DNA of 64,000 bases from an uncultured Clostridium sp. (GCA_947365805.1 CANAZY010000002.1:66945-130944); one strand, 5' to 3'; positions 1-11,947 are shown, counted from the stretch's first letter. Notes: generated from the letters alone by a model not told the origin. Numbers and translations are program-made.

Positions 1-663
1 CATGGTTTCTGATAACATTTTTGCTTCTTCATAAGTTTGCATAAAGGCTCCACTTCCACAAGTAACATCTAGTACAATTTTATTTGCTCCTGCTGCTATT
101 TTTTTACTCATAATGCTAGAAGCAATTAGCGGTATGTTATCAGTACAACTAATGGTATCTCGTAATGCATATATTTTTTTATCAGCTGGTGCTAAATTTA
201 AAGTTTGTCCAATTAAACTAATTCCGATGTTTTTTACATTCTCAACAAACTCTTCTATTGAAATATTCGTACAATATCCTGGGATTGACTCTAATTTATC
301 AATTGTTCCACCAGTAAATCCTAATCCTCTTCCAGACATTTTAGCAACTGGTATTCCAAAAGATGCAATAATGGGAGCTAAAATTAATGTTACTTTATCT
401 CCAACTCCTCCTGTACTATGTTTATCTACCACATTTTTACCAAATATGGATAAATCTAGCATTTCTCCTGAATGTGCCATTGCCATAGTAAGATTCGTAA
501 TCTCTTCATCATTCATACCATTGATATAAATCGCCATAACAAGAGCTGCTGCTTGATAGTCTGTTACATTTCCATTTGTATACTCTTTTATAAAATATTC
601 AATTTCTTCTTTATCTAATATTTTTTTATCTCTCTTTTTCGCAATAATTTCTAATATATTCAT
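1..663 (-). CDS. pdp: pyrimidine-nucleoside (thymidine) phosphorylase, partial (3' end off window)
   Basis: Not in ORF track because it runs off the edge. My minus-strand translation from ATG 663-661 gives MNILEIIAKKRDKKILDKEEIEYFIKEYTNGNVTDYQAAALVMAIYINGM...DKHSTGGVGDKVTLILAP...SGRGLGFTGGTIDKLESIPG. RBS aaaggagagg upstream. Confidence 0.85.
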   Translation of the reverse strand, partial: MNILEIIAKKRDKKILDKEEIEYFIKEYTNGNVTDYQAAALVMAIYINGMNDEEITNLTMAMAHSGEMLDLSIFGKNVVDKHSTGGVGDKVTLILAPIIASFGIPVAKMSGRGLGFTGGTIDKLESIPGYCTNISIEEFVENVKNIGISLIGQTLNLAPADKKIYALRDTISCTDNIPLIASSIMSKKIAAGANKIVLDVTCGSGAFMQTYEEAKMLSETM

Positions 664-859
664 TACTATTCCTCTCCTTTGTTGATATTGTATCATGAAG
701 TAGATTTTTATGCAATTATAATAGTAAGTAATATAATAAGTTGTTTTGGAAACAAGGTTTACTATGAAATCCATTGACAAATAAAATTTGTAATTATAGA
801 ATAGAATTGCTTAAATAATTATATACTAATAATCAATATGATAAAGGAGGAAAAAATAA

Positions 860-1795
860 GTGAAAAAAACACAATTTAAAAAGCATAATAATAGTGGTAT
901 ATCTCTAATAGCTTTATTACTTATCATTATAATTTTACTAACTTTAGTAGGAATTGCCATTTATCTAACAATTGGTAAAAATCAAACTTTTGAAAAAACG
1001 CAAGAGCCAGAAGGAATATCTACACAAAAAGAATCTAAGCAAACAGAATCAATAGATTCTTCTATATTAAAATTGAAGGTTGGAGATTATATTAATTACG
1101 ATACAGGGGTAAGTACCATTGGAAATAATGGCATAGTAACATTTAGAGTATTATATCCCGCTGATTCAAAATACGGTTTGCAAATTGTATCTGACAAAAA
1201 TATAACTACATTGGTATTGGGTGGTAAAGATTTCGAAACAACTGAAGGCACATTCAACAGTGATTTTGAAACAGCAAAAAACAGTTATAATAATGCGATA
1301 GCATTATTAAATAAAGAAACAGAAAAATATATTAATTCCAATTATGCATATGATTCAAGGTCTATAGGAAGTATTCCCACCACACAAAATGGAAAATTTA
1401 TAAATAAAAATCAAGAAAATGAAGGTCCTGTAACTATGAAGTTCCCTTATAATGGAAGCACCATTATAAGTTGTAAAGGTGATGATATGAATTATACAGA
1501 AGATGAAATTGCGATGAAATCGGGAAATATCTCATCAACAGGGGAAAGTTATTGGATAGCATCCCGTTATGTAGAATCACAACCATCTCGTTGTTATTTT
1601 GCCATACGTTATACAAATTCAGCAGGTGCTATACGTACTTTTACTTTATGCTCTTTAGATTCAAAAAAAGATACACAAAATGGAACTCGTAACAAGTATG
1701 GTATTCGTCCTTGTATCTCTTTAAAATCTGATAGTATAAAGATAATCAGTGGAGATGGAACAAGTGAAAATACTGCATATATTATAGGAAAATAA
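860..1795 (+). CDS. secreted/pilin-like protein with class-III-like N-terminus (NSG|ISLIALLLIIIIL)
   Basis: GTG start after RBS aaaggagga. Short basic leader, Gly, then a ~22 aa hydrophobic segment as in type IV (pseudo)pilins, but no Glu at +5. Remainder has no family I recognise. Confidence 0.4.
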   Translation: MKKTQFKKHNNSGISLIALLLIIIILLTLVGIAIYLTIGKNQTFEKTQEPEGISTQKESKQTESIDSSILKLKVGDYINYDTGVSTIGNNGIVTFRVLYPADSKYGLQIVSDKNITTLVLGGKDFETTEGTFNSDFETAKNSYNNAIALLNKETEKYINSNYAYDSRSIGSIPTTQNGKFINKNQENEGPVTMKFPYNGSTIISCKGDDMNYTEDEIAMKSGNISSTGESYWIASRYVESQPSRCYFAIRYTNSAGAIRTFTLCSLDSKKDTQNGTRNKYGIRPCISLKSDSIKIISGDGTSENTAYIIGK

Positions 1796-1891
1796 ATTGC
1801 AATCTGTTCAACTTGTTTGTCCTATATAATTTGTATAAAATAATATATAAGAAAAGAAGAAAATTAGTTTTAATCTAACTTTCTTCTTTTC

Positions 1892-2524
1892 TTATATAAA
1901 ATTTTTAGTAAAACTTCTTCTATGAATTGGGCATAGTCCGTATTCTTTAATTGCTGCAATATGAGTTGCTGTTCCATATCCTTTGTGTTTTTCAAATCCA
2001 TATTGAGGATAAATTTCGTCCCACTGCCTCATAATTCTATCTCTTGTTACTTTTGCAATGATTGATGCTGCTGAAATGCTATAACATAGTGCATCTCCTT
2101 TAATAATCGATTTATATGGAATTCCTAATGTATCAATCCCTTTTAAAGCATCTACTAAAATAACATTTGGTTTGATGGTTAATTCTTTTAAAGAAGTAGT
2201 TAATCCTTTTTTGGTTGCTTCTAAAATATTAATGTTATCGATTTCAGCTTGGTCTATTATTCCCACACCATAACTAATTGCTTCTTCTAAAATTTTATCA
2301 TACAATTCTTCACGCTTTTTTTCAGAAATTTTTTTAGAATCATTAACTCCTTCTATCATAGAATCCCTTGGCATAATCACACTTGCTACTACAACTGGCC
2401 CTGCAAGAGGTCCTCTTCCTGCTTCATCAATTCCACAAATATAATTGATTTCTTTGTTATCACTATAAATTTTTTCTTCTATTTCTTTTAATTTTACTAA
2501 TCGTAATTCTTCTTTTTCTTTCAT
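1892..2524 (-). CDS. rnhB: ribonuclease HII
   Basis: GIDEAGRGPLAGPVV active-site motif; length 210 aa. Confidence 0.9.
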   Translation of the reverse strand: MKEKEELRLVKLKEIEEKIYSDNKEINYICGIDEAGRGPLAGPVVVASVIMPRDSMIEGVNDSKKISEKKREELYDKILEEAISYGVGIIDQAEIDNINILEATKKGLTTSLKELTIKPNVILVDALKGIDTLGIPYKSIIKGDALCYSISAASIIAKVTRDRIMRQWDEIYPQYGFEKHKGYGTATHIAAIKEYGLCPIHRRSFTKNFI

Positions 2525-2532
2525 ATCTTTTC

Positions 2533-3003
2533 CTATTCCAATTTTAAATTCTTCATTTCTGAAAGTTTATAATATGTTTGATGATTTGCTTCAAATCCTT
2601 TTACATAAATAATTTCATTTGTATCGTAATTCACAACATAGCCTTCTGAAATTTCAATTTTTTCTAATCCCATTTCATTTAAATCGTTTTGTGATAATAG
2701 GTAATAGTTGTCTTCATCTTCTATAACATGATTCGAAACGAGCTCATCTATTTTTTTATTTCCTACTACTTCTATTAATTTTATTCCTTTATAATTTGAG
2801 GTATCTTTATTAAATTTTGCTTGTTCTGAAATTGTTTTTGTTTTTGCTTGTATTAACATCATATTCGTATTAACATTTTGTAAATTTGCTTGTTTTATCA
2901 TATTATTTCCTACATAAATCCCTACTGACGCAATGATAATCATCACAATAATAGTAATTACTAAGGTTGTTAATGTAACTCCCTTTTCTTCCGTTTTTTT
3001 CAT
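2533..3003 (-). CDS. pilin-like protein (EEKG|VTLTTLVITIIVMIII)
   Basis: Prepilin-like leader, Gly, hydrophobic helix; lacks Glu+5. Lies 8 nt upstream of rnhB. Confidence 0.45.
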   Translation of the reverse strand: MKKTEEKGVTLTTLVITIIVMIIIASVGIYVGNNMIKQANLQNVNTNMMLIQAKTKTISEQAKFNKDTSNYKGIKLIEVVGNKKIDELVSNHVIEDEDNYYLLSQNDLNEMGLEKIEISEGYVVNYDTNEIIYVKGFEANHQTYYKLSEMKNLKLE

Positions 3004-3158
3004 ATTCTTACCTCCTATCTCTTCTATTATATCGGTTCAAATTTATTATTTCAATAAAATTTTATGATTTTTATGATTCTTTTCACAATTTTTTCACAAA
3101 ACTATTGTATGATATAGGTAATTTAGGATATAGTATTATTTAATTTGGAGGTTTTAAT

Positions 3159-4382
3159 ATGGAGGAAAATTCAAACAACAAAAGGACATATCAAGTAGTG
3201 AATATGCCCGAAAATGAAACAAAAAATCAAAAATCAAATCACACATTTTCAAAAAATGTGCTATTACCATTTTGTTCTGGTATAATTGGTGCAACACTTG
3301 TTATTGGAACATGTATGTATGTTCCAGGAATTCGTAATGTCATTTTACAAGATACAAAGTCAGTAGAAACTTCGGTAAATTCTAGTCAAACTCCTAGTTC
3401 ATTAACTAATATTTCTTTAACTAATTATTCACAAACAGGAATGAGTGTAGCCAATAAAGTTCGCCCATCCATTGTAGGAATTAAAGTAGAATATGTAGCA
3501 AACTCTATTTTTCTTAGAAATTCTACAACTGCATCTGCTGAAGGTTCTGGAATTATTATTTCAGAAGATGGCTATATTTTAACAAATAATCACATTGTTA
3601 ATTCAAGTTCTACTAATTCTTATTATGAAATCGAAAAAGCAAGTAAAGTGAGTGTTTATTTATATAATGATGAAACAGAATACCCAGCAACAATTGTTGG
3701 TACCGATGAACAAACAGACCTTGCTGTTATTAAAATTGATAAAACCGGCTTAACTCCTGCTGAACTTGGAGATTCTAGTAAAGTACAAGTAGGTGAATTT
3801 TCAATGGCAATCGGAAATCCTCTTGGTTTAGAAAGTAGTGTTACTGCTGGTATTATTAGCGCAGTGGAACGCAAAGTAACTGATTCAGATGGAAAAACAT
3901 TTACTTTAATTCAAACTGATGCTGCTATTAATTCTGGAAATAGCGGTGGTGCATTAGTAAATGCAGAAGGAAAAGTAATTGGTGTTAATACTTTAAAACT
4001 TTCAGGTACTGGAATTGAAGGAATGGGATTTGCAATTCCAATCAATTCAACCAAAGATATTTATGAACAATTAATTCAATATAACAAAGTAAAAAGACCT
4101 TATATTGGAATTACTGGATTAGATTTAGACCAAAAAACAGCAGAATATAATAAATTAGTTGTTGGCATCTATGTAAAAGATGTTGAAACTTTCTCTGCTG
4201 CTGAAAAAGCGGGTATTAAAATTGGTGATGTTATTATCGGTGCAGATGGAAAAAATATTACTACTATGAATGAATTAAATGAAATAAAAAATTCTCATAA
4301 TATTGGTGATACCCTTGAAATAAAACTAAATCGAAATGGAAAAGAAATGAACGTTTCTGTTACATTAACAGAACAGCCATAA
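3159..4382 (+). CDS. htrA: HtrA/DegP-family serine protease with C-terminal PDZ domain
   Basis: N-terminal TM segment, trypsin-like core with TNNHIV, DLAVIK and GNSGGALVN motifs, PDZ-like tail. Confidence 0.85.
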   Translation: MEENSNNKRTYQVVNMPENETKNQKSNHTFSKNVLLPFCSGIIGATLVIGTCMYVPGIRNVILQDTKSVETSVNSSQTPSSLTNISLTNYSQTGMSVANKVRPSIVGIKVEYVANSIFLRNSTTASAEGSGIIISEDGYILTNNHIVNSSSTNSYYEIEKASKVSVYLYNDETEYPATIVGTDEQTDLAVIKIDKTGLTPAELGDSSKVQVGEFSMAIGNPLGLESSVTAGIISAVERKVTDSDGKTFTLIQTDAAINSGNSGGALVNAEGKVIGVNTLKLSGTGIEGMGFAIPINSTKDIYEQLIQYNKVKRPYIGITGLDLDQKTAEYNKLVVGIYVKDVETFSAAEKAGIKIGDVIIGADGKNITTMNELNEIKNSHNIGDTLEIKLNRNGKEMNVSVTLTEQP

Positions 4383-4493
4383 AGAATATCAATTATTCAT
4401 TCTATGTTCACAAAATGGACAAAATTATTTTGTATGATAAGAACATGAAACGTATAAGTATAACTTATATTGAAACATCCCCTTTTATTTTCA

Positions 4494-4531
4494 AAAGACA
4501 ACTAGTAGTTTAGTACTAGTTGTCTTTATTT
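4494..4531. terminator. bidirectional intrinsic terminator between convergent genes
   Basis: Stem agacaactagta (4496-4507) / tactagttgtct (4514-4525), flanked by an A-run and a T-run. Confidence 0.6.
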
Positions 4532-5389
4532 TTAAAATACAATAACATCCATTTCATCTGTATAATTTGCATTTCCGTATGGATAAATAATATATAATTT
4601 ATTATCTGGTCCTAACATATAATTATCTGTCTTTTCTAAACGGTAGATATCACTTGTTAAATCTCTTATATACACATTATAACCTAAACGTTTTAAATTT
4701 TGTGCTTCTTCATTTGCAAGTTGCACTTGAGATGAAATTGTATCTTCTACGTTTTTATGGTTCAATCCTTTTATTTCTAAAATTTGATTTAATGTCATTT
4801 CTTCATTCGTACTTAAATTATAGTTATATGTTTGAATAATAACTCTTTGTGGATTATTTCCTTCTTTTAATGTCGAACGAATCACAAGTGATAAAATGTT
4901 GGTATTCACATATGCCATATAATCAACTGTATAAATTGTATTTTGCACTGCATTTTTCATAATATCATTTGCTTTATCAGCAAATAATGATTGTATTTTT
5001 TCATTAAAACGTTCTACTGATGTATTATTTGAAATATTAATAATTGGGATATTCAAATCCATATCATATCGATTCTCTACAACTCGTTTTGTTGATACCG
5101 CTGTGTAAATAATATCTTGGTCCCTTGATGTTTTTGTAATTCCCAATGTATTAATATTAGAGCTTTGATAATCCAATTTATTTTCAAATAATGTCTTAAA
5201 TTTTTTTGCCAATTGAGAATTTTGTTCTGTCATACTAACTGGATCTTGAATCGTATTAGTTGGTTGTGGTCTATTTCCTATCAACACAGAGCCAATCGCC
5301 ATTACAATAGCTACAATACAAATAATAATAATGACCGTAAAACTAACTGTTCTAATTGTTATTTTCATGCTTTTTTCATCCTTTCTCAT
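4532..5389 (-). CDS. membrane-anchored hypothetical protein
   Basis: Long ORF with an N-terminal TM helix (ITIRTVSFTVIIIICIVAIVMAIGSVLIG). Extracytoplasmic domain is faintly DUF3298/DUF4163-like; not assigned. Confidence 0.5.
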   Translation of the reverse strand: MRKDEKSMKITIRTVSFTVIIIICIVAIVMAIGSVLIGNRPQPTNTIQDPVSMTEQNSQLAKKFKTLFENKLDYQSSNINTLGITKTSRDQDIIYTAVSTKRVVENRYDMDLNIPIINISNNTSVERFNEKIQSLFADKANDIMKNAVQNTIYTVDYMAYVNTNILSLVIRSTLKEGNNPQRVIIQTYNYNLSTNEEMTLNQILEIKGLNHKNVEDTISSQVQLANEEAQNLKRLGYNVYIRDLTSDIYRLEKTDNYMLGPDNKLYIIYPYGNANYTDEMDVIVF

Positions 5390-5448
5390 TTTCTTGTTAA
5401 ATTATATCATTATTTACAATAAAATGTAAACAAATTCTTAGATAAATA

Positions 5449-5477
5449 TTGACTTTTTCTTTCATTTGTATTAGAAT
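5449..5477 (+). promoter_or_regulatory. sigma-A type promoter of rplM-rpsI
   Basis: TTGACT (5449-5454), 17 nt spacer, TAGAAT (5472-5477). Confidence 0.5.
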
Positions 5478-5584
5478 AAGTAAGCATTGTATGTTAGAAA
5501 GCAAAAATAAACTTCTCCCCGGTAGTTTATTTTAAGTGTTTCTAATAAAATTATATATAATATGAATGGAGGGTATTTATTACC
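5478..5584 (+). promoter_or_regulatory. structured 5' leader of rplM (possible L13 leader)
   Basis: Hairpin aaataaac...gtttattt around a GC-rich loop ttctccccggta, positioned like the Firmicute L13 leader. No covariance model run. Confidence 0.3.
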
Positions 5585-6019
5585 ATGAATAATACAACAT
5601 ACAGTTTAAAAAAAGAGGAAATTGAAAGAAAATGGTATATCATCGATGCAGAAGGAAAACCATTAGGTAGAGTTGCAACAGAAGCTGCAAAATTACTAAG
5701 AGGAAAACATAAACCTACTTATACACCTAATCTAGATGCTGGTGATCATGTCATTATTATTAATTGTGCTAAAGTAATTTTAACAGGTCATAAATTAGAC
5801 CAAAAAGTTTACAGACATCATTCAGGATATATTGGTGGAATGAAAGAAATTATTGCAAGAGATTTACTTAGCTCTAATCCTGAAAAAGCTATGATGCATG
5901 CTGTAAAAGGAATGTTACCACACAATTCTTTAGGAAGACAAATGGTTAAAAAATTAAGATTATACGCTGGAAACGAGCATGAAAACCAAGCTCAAAAACC
6001 AGAAAAATGGGAATTCTAG
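5585..6019 (+). CDS. rplM: 50S ribosomal protein L13
   Basis: [33 protein letters not shown]. Confidence 0.95.
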   Translation: MNNTTYSLKKEEIERKWYIIDAEGKPLGRVATEAAKLLRGKHKPTYTPNLDAGDHVIIINCAKVILTGHKLDQKVYRHHSGYIGGMKEIIARDLLSSNPEKAMMHAVKGMLPHNSLGRQMVKKLRLYAGNEHENQAQKPEKWEF

Positions 6020-6041
6020 AAAGGTTAAGGAGGAAAATTAA

Positions 6042-6449
6042 ATGCCTAAAGCAAAAAAAGAAAAAATAATGTTCTATGGTACAGGTAGAAGAAAAAGTTC
6101 AATTGCAAGAGTTCGTTTAGTAGAAGGAACTGGAGTAATTACAATAAATGATAAAAATATTGATGAATATTTTGGTTTAGAAACATTAAAAGTTATCGTA
6201 AGACAACCATTAACAGTTACAAATACATTAACAAAATATGATGTTATTTGTAAAGTAATTGGTGGTGGATACACAGGTCAAGCAGGAGCAATCCGTCATG
6301 GTATTGCAAGAGCATTAAATGAAGCAAATGCAGAATATAGAGCAGATTTAAAATCAAACGGATTCTTAACAAGAGATCCTCGTATGAAAGAAAGAAAAAA
6401 ATACGGTCTTAAAAAAGCTCGTCGTGCACCACAATTTAGCAAACGTTAA
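6042..6449 (+). CDS. rpsI: 30S ribosomal protein S9
   Basis: [14 protein letters not shown]...[19 protein letters not shown]...[12 protein letters not shown]. Confidence 0.95.
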   Translation: MPKAKKEKIMFYGTGRRKSSIARVRLVEGTGVITINDKNIDEYFGLETLKVIVRQPLTVTNTLTKYDVICKVIGGGYTGQAGAIRHGIARALNEANAEYRADLKSNGFLTRDPRMKERKKYGLKKARRAPQFSKR

Positions 6450-6462
6450 AATGTATATCAAA

Positions 6463-6492
6463 AACTCGAAAGTTTTCCTTTCGAGTTTTTTG
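6463..6492 (+). terminator. intrinsic terminator after rpsI
   Basis: Stem ctcgaaag (6465-6472) / ctttcgag (6478-6485) followed by tttttt. Confidence 0.75.
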
Positions 6493-6531
6493 TTATATTA
6501 TAAGTCTCATGGAAAAATGACACATATGAAA

Positions 6532-6560
6532 TTGACAAAAGTTACATAATGTGAGATAAT
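6532..6560 (+). promoter_or_regulatory. candidate promoter of the 74-aa ORF
   Basis: TTGACA (6532-6537), 17 nt spacer, GATAAT (6555-6560). Confidence 0.45.
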
Positions 6561-6606
6561 AGGACTGTTACAAACACACTGATGCTTTTAGCATGGAGGA
6601 ACTTTT

Positions 6607-6831
6607 ATGAAAAACTTAGATTTAACTTTCACTTTCTATCCTGAAGAACAAGTAGTTAATGTATTTCAGGGAGATCACTTTCTTCAATCTGTAGAAATTA
6701 ATAGTAAGGGAGTGATTAATTCCAATGACTTTAACCGCCTTACCAATGCACTTCATCTTTCTTTAGAAGATGAAAAGGAAGATTTGAATTTTGAAATCTT
6801 CCGTTGTTGGAACGAGGCAAAAGCTTCTTAG
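6607..6831 (+). CDS. small hypothetical protein (74 aa)
   Basis: ORF with RBS ggagga, its own promoter and a downstream terminator. No recognisable family. Confidence 0.4.
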   Translation: MKNLDLTFTFYPEEQVVNVFQGDHFLQSVEINSKGVINSNDFNRLTNALHLSLEDEKEDLNFEIFRCWNEAKAS

Positions 6832-6842
6832 GATAGTTCCTC

Positions 6843-6885
6843 AAAAAAAACAGGTTTTGGCTACTATAGCAAAACCTGTTTTTTA
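6843..6885. terminator. bidirectional intrinsic terminator
   Basis: Stem acaggttttg (6850-6859) / caaaacctgt (6870-6879), A-run before and T-run after. Confidence 0.75.
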
Positions 6886-6886
6886 C

Positions 6887-7669
6887 TTAAAATTTCTCAA
6901 TTTGTTTTAATATTGGAAATTCTTTTCTAAATCTTCTTAATTTCTCAATATCTAAATCTTGTACAATAATTCCCTCTTCTTTTTCAATATTGGTCATAAC
7001 TGTTCCATCATAAGAAACAATTTGTGTGTTTCCACATCTTTCTTTTTCTGCAATTCCACCAGTTTGATTACATGCGCAAAAATATACTTGATTTTCAATT
7101 GCTCTTGCTCTTGTTAATATTTCCCAAGCAATTTTACCTGTTGCTTTTCTAAAGCTAGATGGTAAAAATACAACTTCTACGCCATTTTGTGCAAGTGCTT
7201 TAAAGTATTCTGGGTAGCGAAGATCAAAGCATATTCCAATTCCTACTTTAACTCCCTCTATTTCAACAATTCCTAAATCTTTTCCTTTTACAGTATAACT
7301 TCCTTCGTCTATTTTTAGCTCTTCTCTATCTACTGTATACATATAAATCTTATCATATCGATGTATGATATCACCATCTCTATTTATTACAAGAGCTGTA
7401 TTAGTTATCTTATCTGTACCTTCTACTTTTATCGCTAAGCTACCTAAAATAATATTAACATGATTCTTTTTAGCATATTGTTTAAAATTATAAATTATCT
7501 CAGAATCAATGGGCTCTGCTCCTCTATCTTTTCCTGAATATAAAAATTTTTCTGATAAACATATAATATCTGCTTTTTGCTCTACTGCTTCATTCATTAA
7601 TCGAATTGCTGTATCAATATTTTTTTGCTTATCATCTTTGGAATCCATTTGTATTAATGATACTCTCAT
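6887..7669 (-). CDS. carbon-nitrogen hydrolase family protein (nitrilase superfamily)
   Basis: Glu/Lys/Cys triad contexts: ICLSEKF, YDKIYMY, GIGICFDLRYPE. Confidence 0.8.
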   Translation of the reverse strand: MRVSLIQMDSKDDKQKNIDTAIRLMNEAVEQKADIICLSEKFLYSGKDRGAEPIDSEIIYNFKQYAKKNHVNIILGSLAIKVEGTDKITNTALVINRDGDIIHRYDKIYMYTVDREELKIDEGSYTVKGKDLGIVEIEGVKVGIGICFDLRYPEYFKALAQNGVEVVFLPSSFRKATGKIAWEILTRARAIENQVYFCACNQTGGIAEKERCGNTQIVSYDGTVMTNIEKEEGIIVQDLDIEKLRRFRKEFPILKQIEKF

Positions 7670-7739
7670 AATTTCTCCCCTTGTTTTTTCTTATTCTATT
7701 ATAAAATAATACATTTGTAAAGTTGTTTCTTTGAAAATC

Positions 7740-8147
7740 TTACATTTCAGCATCCTGTCTGGTACCCGGATAAAAAAGCTCCGGCTGGTACGCTCCTTTG
7801 GATTTCTCCAATATGCATTCATACCTTCCCTCTTCTGAAAGGGTTACCTTAAACACATGGCACTTTCTTAAAGGCATCTTCGCATTAATAAACTTCTTCA
7901 CTTCATCTGGCGTCCTGCCTGGTAAAAGCATAAACTCCATTATTTCGTCCATTTTGCTGTATGGAATTTGTTTACAATATAATTCCACATCCAGCATCTG
8001 CCGGCTACCTTCTTTCTGAACGGTAATGTTCCACAAATAGGTTGTCCCCCATCTTTGTGTCCACGGAATAAATTTTATTTCATATCCATTCCATTTTCTA
8101 CTTACTGTTTCGATTCTCTGTTTTTTCTTCATGTTATCCTCCTTCAC
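7740..8147 (-). CDS. hypothetical protein in a visibly GC-richer segment than its neighbours
   Basis: 135-aa ORF with RBS gaaggagga. Composition differs from flanks (e.g. ggtacccggataaaaaagctccggctggtacgctcc). Contains one zero-frame CGG codon (8003-8001, agc CGG cag). Confidence 0.5.
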   Translation of the reverse strand: MKEDNMKKKQRIETVSRKWNGYEIKFIPWTQRWGTTYLWNITVQKEGSRQMLDVELYCKQIPYSKMDEIMEFMLLPGRTPDEVKKFINAKMPLRKCHVFKVTLSEEGRYECILEKSKGAYQPELFYPGTRQDAEM

Positions 8148-8174
8148 CTTAATGGTGGCTGTCTAAATTTGCAT

Positions 8175-8220
8175 GTAACTTGCTATATTATAATATGTTT
8201 GACATAATATAGCAAGTTAC
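8175..8220. promoter_or_regulatory. perfect 17-bp inverted repeat (candidate operator) overlapping the predicted promoter of ORF 7740-8147
   Basis: gtaacttgctatattat (8175-8191), 12 nt, ataatatagcaagttac (8204-8220). On the minus strand TTGCTA-17 nt-TATAAT lies inside it. Confidence 0.5.
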
Positions 8221-8229
8221 TTGTCAAAT

Positions 8230-8258
8230 AAATAAGACGTTATAATAACGCCTTATCT
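8230..8258 (-). terminator. candidate lexA terminator
   Basis: Minus-strand hairpin ataaggcgtt/aacgtcttat (one G-U pair) followed by ttattt. Confidence 0.45.
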
Positions 8259-8265
8259 ATTCAAT

Positions 8266-8922
8266 TTACATTTTTCTAAACACCCCAGCAACTTTTCCAA
8301 GTATTTTACAATCTGGTACAATGATTGGATCCATTGTAGAATTTTCTGGTTGTAAACGAATATGGTCTTTTTCTTTATAAAATGTTTTAACAGTTGCTTC
8401 ATCTTCAATTAATGCCACTATAATTTCTCCATTATTGGCACTTTCTTGTCTTTTTACTAGAATGTAATCTCCATCTAAAATTCCAGCTTCTATCATACTT
8501 TCTCCACGAACAGTAAGCATGAAGGATTCACTATTTCCAACAAAATCAATTGGAATTGGGAACGTATCGGTTATATTTTCTACTGCTAAAATTGGTGCTC
8601 CTGCTGTAATTTTTCCGATTACTGGTACTTCAACCATTTCTTTTCCAGAATAAAATTCTTTCATTTGAGTTTGATTTTTATTACCATCTAGTCCACCTTT
8701 TAATAATTTTAGTGTTCTTCCTTTTTGTGATTCTTTTTTAATGTATCCTTTTTCTTCTAATTTAGCAAGATATCCATGTACAGTTGCTGTTGATTTTAAT
8801 CCAACTGCTTTTCCAATTTCTCTTACAGATGGTGGATAGCTATTTAATGCTATTTGTTTTTCAATAAATTTTAAGATTGCTTTTTCTCTTTTATTTAATT
8901 CATTTGGATCTTTTTTTCTCAC
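8266..8922 (-). CDS. lexA: LexA repressor
   Basis: N-terminal winged HTH ([32 protein letters not shown]) and S24 peptidase domain (MLTVRGESM...). Confidence 0.9.
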   Translation of the reverse strand: MRKKDPNELNKREKAILKFIEKQIALNSYPPSVREIGKAVGLKSTATVHGYLAKLEEKGYIKKESQKGRTLKLLKGGLDGNKNQTQMKEFYSGKEMVEVPVIGKITAGAPILAVENITDTFPIPIDFVGNSESFMLTVRGESMIEAGILDGDYILVKRQESANNGEIIVALIEDEATVKTFYKEKDHIRLQPENSTMDPIIVPDCKILGKVAGVFRKM

Positions 8923-9026
8923 ACCAAATCACTCCCTTTTTTTATTTGTCACCATGGTATCACAAAAAAAAGAAAAAGTCAAACAAAAGTTTGAACTTTT
9001 TCGAAAAATTTGTTCTTTTTTAATTT

Positions 9027-11321
<2,295 letters not shown>

Positions 11322-11577
11322 AGTTATACGTTTCCTCCTTGTATCTTATTATATGTCTAATATTCAAATAGTAATATATATATTTTTTTCTGTATGAGTT
11401 CGACCTTCTCATTTAAGAAAAGTACTATATAGAAGTTCATAACGGATAGTTATCTATATATCTGTCTAGAAATGTTTGGAGAACGGAAGAAAGAAAAAAC
11501 ATATATATTACTATTTTACACTTTAAAAATCTATTTTTTCATAATGTAAAATACATATTTTATTATACTCTAATTTA

Positions 11578-11611
11578 ATAAAAAAAACAACTCTTGTATT
11601 AAGAGTTGTCC
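11578..11611 (-). terminator. intrinsic terminator after rpmA
   Basis: Stem acaactctt (11587-11595) / aagagttgt (11601-11609), with a T-run on the minus strand. Confidence 0.7.
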
Positions 11612-11619
11612 TTTATTTA

Positions 11620-11898
11620 TTATTCTGCTGTTTTTTCCGTACTTACAACTGGGTAAACACTTACTTTCTTTTTATCTCTACCTAGTCTTTCAAATTTAAC
11701 AGTTCCATCAACTAATGCATATAAAGTATCATCACTACCTTTTCCTACATTTGTTCCTGGATGTATATGAGTTCCTCTTTGTCTCATTAATATATTTCCT
11801 GCTAATACGAATTGACCATCAGCACGTTTTACGCCAAGACGTTTTGACTCACTGTCTCTTCCGTTCTTAACACTACCTTGACCTTTCTTATGAGCCAT
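11620..11898 (-). CDS. rpmA: 50S ribosomal protein L27 (starts directly MAHKKGQGS, no N-terminal propeptide)
   Basis: [23 protein letters not shown]... Confidence 0.95.
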   Translation of the reverse strand: MAHKKGQGSVKNGRDSESKRLGVKRADGQFVLAGNILMRQRGTHIHPGTNVGKGSDDTLYALVDGTVKFERLGRDKKKVSVYPVVSTEKTAE

Positions 11899-11947
11899 GC
11901 TTTCTCACTCCTTCCATAGCTTATGTTTATTTTCTATTTTCTAAAGC

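Noticed and set aside
113-529. Track ORFs antisense to well-supported genes (e.g. 113-529, 3656-3874, 9163-9576, 15333-15662, 20461-21467, 35387-35722, 43425-43748, 51122-52222, 53548-54105, 55684-56972, 58504-59067, 59960-60781, 62596-62898)
   Set aside because: They overlap conserved CDSs on the opposite strand, have low-complexity Ser/Leu/Phe/Ile-rich translations typical of shadow frames in AT-rich DNA, and lack RBSs.
8985-9016. LexA (Cheo) box upstream of lexA
   Set aside because: The region contains GAAC...GTTC with the internal palindrome TTTTTCGAAAAA, but the spacing (GAAC-N15-GTTC; half-sites GAAC-N5-TTTCG) does not fit CGAAC-N4-GTTCG. It may still be a diverged operator, but I cannot support the call.
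11322-11619. T-box riboswitch, TRAP-binding GAG/TAG repeats, or a tRNA-like fragment (ggtcgaactc) in the trpS leader
   Set aside because: No T-box core sequence or specifier-loop architecture is recognisable by eye. The (G/T)AG triplets are irregularly spaced. The T-arm-like string lacks the TTC and any acceptor or anticodon context.
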